DNA of 64,000 nucleotides from Leucoraja erinacea (taxonomy: Eukaryota): NCBI RefSeq assembly GCF_028641065.1, contig NC_073379.1, positions 62,806,001-62,870,000 of the forward strand, written 5' to 3'. A program made the position numbers and the translations under genes. Shown here in pieces: positions 61,501 through 64,000 of this stretch. The stretch's first letter is position 1, and each line of letters begins with the position of its first letter. The notes under the pieces were generated by a model. It did no database searches and was not told the origin of the DNA. It was given only the letters and a program-made list of their open reading frames with translations.

Positions 61501-63730
61501 GCTCTTCCTCCACACCTGCTCGGACCTCTTCCTGGATTAGATGGTGTCTCTCCTTGCCCTGGGTCTTGCCAACCCTTGTCTTAGGGAAGTATCCCAAACC
61601 CACTCTGCCAGTTGCCATGACTCCCACCAATGCCTTTTGCCTTAGGCGTGACTCCACTGCTTTCTCCGCCCTCCGTTTCCTGACTGACATTCATAATTTT
61701 TTGGGACATTAATTCCATCAGCCCTTTAGTCTGTTGTGCTGATATGCATAATTTATCATAACTGCAATGGGTACTATTCTCCTATTGCAGATAGAAAACT
61801 GATAGAAGACCTATGTTGGTGCAAATCGTGTTGCATTATATTGGACAGTGGTCTCGTTTGAAATTGTTAGCACACGATCACCCTTACTTTAATCTTTTAG
61901 ATATGTATTTTGGAATTGGATCTAAGTATTGAAATGATAAATTTATATTAAACTCACATCAAAGGTCCATTGCTTTCCGGCAAAGCGTAGATATTTATTC
62001 TTAGTATGAAGGCAGATTTAATTGACATATCAGTGATGTAAAGATTTAAATTGTGCACAATGATATTTTGACACTTTTAGATACCTTCAGATTTCAGCCA
62101 AAATCAAATCAATTGGTTCTCTTTTGAATTGGCATTATAAAAATGTTGTTCAAGTTTTTAATTATGTGAAGGCCTGTTGATGTTGTGCCCTTATAATTGT
62201 TTGAGGATCTGTTGTAATAAGATGTAACATTCTTTACAGCAACTGAAATGTAACTGATCTAGAATTATATCAAATTTAAAAAACTAAAGTATTGAATGTT
62301 ACTTACAGAATGTTTTGCAGAAACATTAGTGGAACTTGTTGGCATTGAGAATCTACAAACATGGGCACAAGTAAACCGTGGAGCAATGGTACTTTGCAGG
62401 TAATAAGAAATACAAGTAATTGTTTCAGTACAATTAATTGTACTTTTAAGAGCATTGATAATTTATACCGTTTTCATAAAAAAGAATTGTGTACTGATTT
62501 GACTGTGATTTGACTCTTACATCATTTTGGCTAAAGATGTGCTTAGCCACAACATGCCTAGTGTCGTTCACATTAATTGCATTCTAGGAAGCAATCGATA
62601 GTGAGTATATGTGCTTAAGAAGGAACTGCAGATGCTGGAAAATCGAAGGTACACATAAATGCTGGAGAAACTCAGCGGGTGCAGCAGCATCTATGGAGCG
62701 AAATGGGCAACGTTTCGGGCCGAAACCCTTCTTCAGTAAACAGATTGAAAATTAGAGAAGTGGTCAAGGGTAGTAAAAATGCATTTATAGAAGATGTTCT
62801 CAAGGAAATTACTGAAGGATTGGAGGAATGTTGGAAGACTTGAAGTTTATAAATGCAGTTTATTGATCTGAAAGCTGTAATCTCATTGTTCTGGTCATGA
62901 TGATTGATTCTCCTGTGGTCACTGCACCAAACACTGGTTAACAATGTGATGGCAAAACCATTAACAATTTAAAAGCCACAGCTTTAGGGGACGTGAGATA
63001 ATAGGTATCCTATAGCAAGAAAGCTGCCATATGACCCCACATTTATTACATCGAACAAGTGAGAAGTGTGATAGAAACTGCGTCTTGTTTGATTAAGTAT
63101 GCTTGTTGCAACAATTGAGTGAGACGCCATCAAGAAATGCAGTTCATTAATTAGCACTGAACTGAATCATTTATCAGCCCTCCCCTTGGCTCTCTATAAC
63201 AGCTGTGTATGTTATTTACATTTTTTGTCTCATCTGCAATTCTAAAGCTAGTCATCTCCACATTTGCTTGATAATATCATAAAAATTCCTTCGTCAATTT
63301 TCAGATCCTAGGTTAAATTGTAACATTCATTTTAACCCAAAGACTACATCGTTATTTAATCACGGCACCTCACTATGTTAAGTGAATATTTGTGTAGATA
63401 GTGAATCATGTATTTCAAAAAGTTGTGTTTCTTTAAATCGTTTGCTGTATACTTAGTTTCAATCTGCAGGGATTCTGTTATTCAATTCTATTGGGGAGAA
63501 GCATTTTTTTATTTCCTCTGAGAGCAGCCTCTATTTGATATATTGCATAAGTATTTAAGATCTAATATGTATTTCATTTTTTAAGTCTTCTTCAAAGTAA
63601 CAATGAGGACGTCGCCCTCAAAGTGAAAAAAGGTTTAAAGAAGCTCATACCCAAGTTCAAGAAGATGAAAAACGTGAAAGGCGTGGAAATGCTGTTAGAA
63701 AAATTGGCTGCAAGCAATGTCAAACCCTGA
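34435..63730 (+). CDS. PUM3: Pumilio homolog 3 (Puf-A/KIAA0020), full CDS in 17 coding exons, 1917 nt, 638 aa
   Basis: All introns GT-AG with consistent phases; peptides KKPKWDDFKK, IAFSHDSARVIQC, VEYAYNDKAILEQRNMLTEELYG, AHTHDGSRVAM, AEHPAGHLVLKWLIEQD match vertebrate PUM3. Confidence 0.97.
34870..35610 (+). mobile_element. Penelope GIY-YIG fragment interrupted by a fold-back Penelope-tail mini-element (35118-35303)
   Basis: QRFTCTS coding resumes after the insert; 15-bp TSD at 35103-35117 and 35304-35318 (13/15). Confidence 0.8.
35901..36062 (+). CDS. PUM3: PUM3 exon 3
   Basis: gtcacag| DEPGKHNSKFKF...RKRKQFGGNEG |gtacgt; phase 1-1. Confidence 0.85.
36632..37830 (-). mobile_element. CR1 LINE 3' part
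   Basis: GVPQGSVLGP, FADDTK and LVRPQLEYCVQFW peptides on the minus strand plus tail. Confidence 0.95.
38048..38830 (-). mobile_element. CpG-rich non-coding retroposon with Rex1-type tail
   Basis: Hairpin 38079-38101, TGACGAATAAA, (TTGA)n on the minus strand; GC-rich body. Confidence 0.65.
39133..39268 (+). CDS. PUM3: PUM3 exon 4
   Basis: TMSKKPKWDDFKKEKKELKLNRQ...QIWESVR; AG/GT. Confidence 0.95.
39537..39846 (+). mobile_element. V-SINE (HE1-like)
   Basis: Same family as 9823-10128. Confidence 0.9.
40188..40263 (+). CDS. PUM3: PUM3 exon 5
   Basis: KDCSKEKKAELMKELQKLVHGNIKN; AG/GT. Confidence 0.95.
40978..41071 (+). CDS. PUM3: PUM3 exon 6
   Basis: IAFSHDSARVIQCYLQFGNEEQRQEVFVELK. Confidence 0.96.
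41122..41837 (+). mobile_element. Penelope-like element: inverted tail, GIY-YIG fragment, direct tail
   Basis: ORF 41304-41642 QRFTCTSPNLIYCIRCSRC..HIGETK...GMNIDF; arms about 41155-41316 and 41680-41837 are inverted copies. Confidence 0.92.
41745..41772 (+). ncRNA. Minimal hammerhead ribozyme-like core
   Basis: CUGAAGA-A-GGGU(CUCG)ACCC-GAAAC-GUU; stem I is weak. Confidence 0.55.
42296..42580 (+). mobile_element. V-SINE (HE1-like)
   Basis: Same family; B box GGTTCGATCC. Confidence 0.9.
42843..42909 (+). CDS. PUM3: PUM3 exon 7
   Basis: HLVELSKSKYGRHIVKKILMYG; |gtaagt. Confidence 0.96.
43046..44000. mobile_element. Tigger/pogo-like non-autonomous DNA transposon with internal fold-back
   Basis: Termini CAGATACTTCCCGACTTATGT / ACATACGTCGGGGAGTGCCTG|TA; inverted arms at 43314-43749. 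Confidence 0.6.
43135..43268. mobile_element. Penelope-tail mini-element with 17-bp TSD
   Basis: TCACCTTAAAACTGGGT at 43118-43134; TCACCTTAAACCTAGGT at 43269-43285. Confidence 0.75.
44008..44100 (-). mobile_element. Penelope-tail mini-element with 12-bp TSD
   Basis: GCCTGTACTTGA at 43996-44007 and 44101-44112; minus strand CTGAAGAAGGGTTTCGGCCCGAAACGTT. Confidence 0.85.
44550..44724 (+). CDS. PUM3: PUM3 exon 8
   Basis: NKQQVAEVIKSFKGEVKKLLRHSEASGIVEYAYNDKAILEQRNMLTEELYGNMFMICK. Confidence 0.97.
45600..46208 (+). mobile_element. Penelope-like element 3' part
   Basis: LIYCICCFWCGLLNIGETRRRQGDRFTEHL peptide; hammerhead-like core near 46114. Confidence 0.88.
46598..46701 (+). CDS. PUM3: PUM3 exon 9
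   Basis: SSFCPTLEKVLESNPDKREGIMGEIKEILTPMVQK. Confidence 0.93.
46912..47258 (-). mobile_element. CR1 3' end
   Basis: Reverse complement of the CR1 tail seen at 4402-4533. Confidence 0.8.
47754..47912. other. Assembly gap (159 N) in PUM3 intron 9, abutting a Penelope tail
   Basis: Run of N; the CDS is continuous across it, so no exon appears to be missing. Confidence 0.99.
48188..48266 (+). CDS. PUM3: PUM3 exon 10
   Basis: EAVIKHTLVHKAFLDFFTYSSDKMRL. Confidence 0.96.
48935..49200 (-). mobile_element. Ancient DeuSINE-like (SacSINE1/AmnSINE1-type) fragment
   Basis: GTCCCAAAGTGCTTTACAGCCA and CTGCACTGGATTGTCAGC resemble the Deu domain as recalled; not aligned. Confidence 0.5.
50608..51507 (-). 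mobile_element. CR1 LINE 3' part
   Basis: ORFs 50850-51449 (WQMQYNVDKCEVIHFG, LVRPHLDYC) plus tail. Confidence 0.95.
51600..51698 (+). CDS. PUM3: PUM3 exon 11 (99 nt, phase 0-0)
   Basis: EMIESVREAVIYMAHTHDGSRVAMQCLWHGTPK. Confidence 0.97.
51882..53054 (+). mobile_element. CR1 LINE 3' part with 295-aa open RT fragment
   Basis: SGVPQGSVLGP, FADDTK and LVRPHIEYC motifs; CR1 tail. Confidence 0.96.
53413..54113 (-). mobile_element. Tc1-like transposon, internal-deletion derivative
   Basis: About 44-bp TIRs CAGYGCCCTCCATAAT...; TA/TG flanks; inner direct repeat at 54001-54023; minus-strand transposase N-terminus from ATG 53886 with GRPRK. Confidence 0.9.
54380..54433 (+). CDS. PUM3: PUM3 exon 12
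   Basis: DRKVIVKTMKTFIEKTAT. Confidence 0.96.
55193..55273 (+). CDS. PUM3: PUM3 exon 13
   Basis: GEFSHLVLTAAFDCIDDTKLVKQIILS. Confidence 0.97.
55448..55830 (+). mobile_element. Penelope-like 3' fragment
   Basis: LEEQQLIFCLGSLHP peptide; degenerate CTGAAGAAGG core at 55741. Confidence 0.75.
55925..56240 (-). mobile_element. Truncated CpG-rich retroposon with Rex1-type tail
   Basis: Hairpin 55963-55986, TGACAATAAA, (TCTAA)n; shares TGCAGTCATACAC and CTGTGATGGA blocks with 520-1468. Confidence 0.7.
57303..57445 (+). CDS. PUM3: PUM3 exon 14
   Basis: EIVSSLPNLINNKYGKKVLLYLLSPRDPAHSVPEIIKLLQQGDGNVH. Confidence 0.97.
57870..58330 (-). mobile_element. Penelope-like 3' fragment
   Basis: HFNSP...RKLEEQHLIL peptide on the minus strand. 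Confidence 0.75.
58594..58816 (+). CDS. PUM3: PUM3 exon 15
   Basis: KKDTNIRHRELLEAISPHLLQYLQENAREMV...PGGSNGE; AAG acceptor. Confidence 0.95.
60126..60213 (+). CDS. PUM3: PUM3 exon 16
   Basis: LHMAEHPAGHLVLKWLIEQDVKMKELGKT. Confidence 0.97.
61350..61680 (-). mobile_element. HERO/R2-group (REL-endonuclease) LINE fragment
   Basis: AVESRLRQKALVGVMATGRVGLG...IQEEVR...QGAWTRW...ITW, then a frameshifted AVYD, as in the post-RT region of HERO elements. Confidence 0.7.
62309..62399 (+). CDS. PUM3: PUM3 exon 17
   Basis: CFAETLVELVGIENLQTWAQVNRGAMVLC. Confidence 0.95.
62615..62736 (-). mobile_element. Penelope-tail mini-element with hammerhead-like core
   Basis: Minus strand CTGAAGAAGGGTTTCGGCCCGAAACGTT plus tail to GTTCCTTCTTAA. 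Confidence 0.85.
63586..63730 (+). CDS. PUM3: PUM3 exon 18 coding part
   Basis: LLQSNNEDVALKVKKGLKKLIP...KGVEMLLEKLAASNVKP*. Confidence 0.95.
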
Positions 63731-63787
63731 GTAATACCAGCTCAGAATGATCTTGTAAAACGTGGATGAAAACAAATTGACTGTTAA

Positions 63788-63793
63788 AATAAA
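63788..63793 (+). terminator. PUM3: Candidate PUM3 polyadenylation signal
   Basis: AATAAA 58 nt after the stop codon. Confidence 0.7.
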
Positions 63794-64000
63794 GTTTTGT
63801 ATATAGAGAAGGGAATGACTATTTTCTACATCCTAATGCTCCAAAATGTTTGTTTTCTCAGGCAATCTGCATTCCATTAGGCACCATATTTCACTGAACA
63901 GTGTATATAGTGTTTTTAAGAAGGAATTTGGAAATGGCTACCACTGCCACTGAGAGGTTGTTGTTAGAGCAATGAAACTTATTGAAGTTGCAATACATTG

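Overview
Eukaryotic, repeat-dense genomic DNA, most likely from a cartilaginous fish (inferred from HE1-type V-SINEs and the CR1/Rex1/Penelope repertoire). Two + strand genes were reconstructed by hand. (1) The last two recognisable coding exons of a CARM1/PRMT4-like methyltransferase (2797-2934, 5800-5889). (2) A complete PUM3 (Puf-A/KIAA0020) gene: CpG-island promoter near 27.2-27.4 kb, non-coding exon 1, 17 phase-consistent GT-AG coding exons (ATG 34435 to TGA 63730, 638 aa) and AATAAA at 63788. Most other sequence is transposon-derived: CR1, L2, Rex1/Babar and HERO-like LINE fragments, V-SINEs, a Gypsy gag-pol relic, Harbinger, Tc1 and Tigger derivatives, and many Penelope fragments. Most interesting: tiny TSD-flanked Penelope-tail elements with a minimal hammerhead-ribozyme core; an AT-TSD fold-back element with two convergent THAP exons; a family of CpG-rich non-coding retroposons whose Rex1-type tails share a covarying hairpin; and inverted CR1s closely bracketing symmetric PUM3 exon 11. 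All calls are by eye, repeat boundaries are approximate, and no searches were run.
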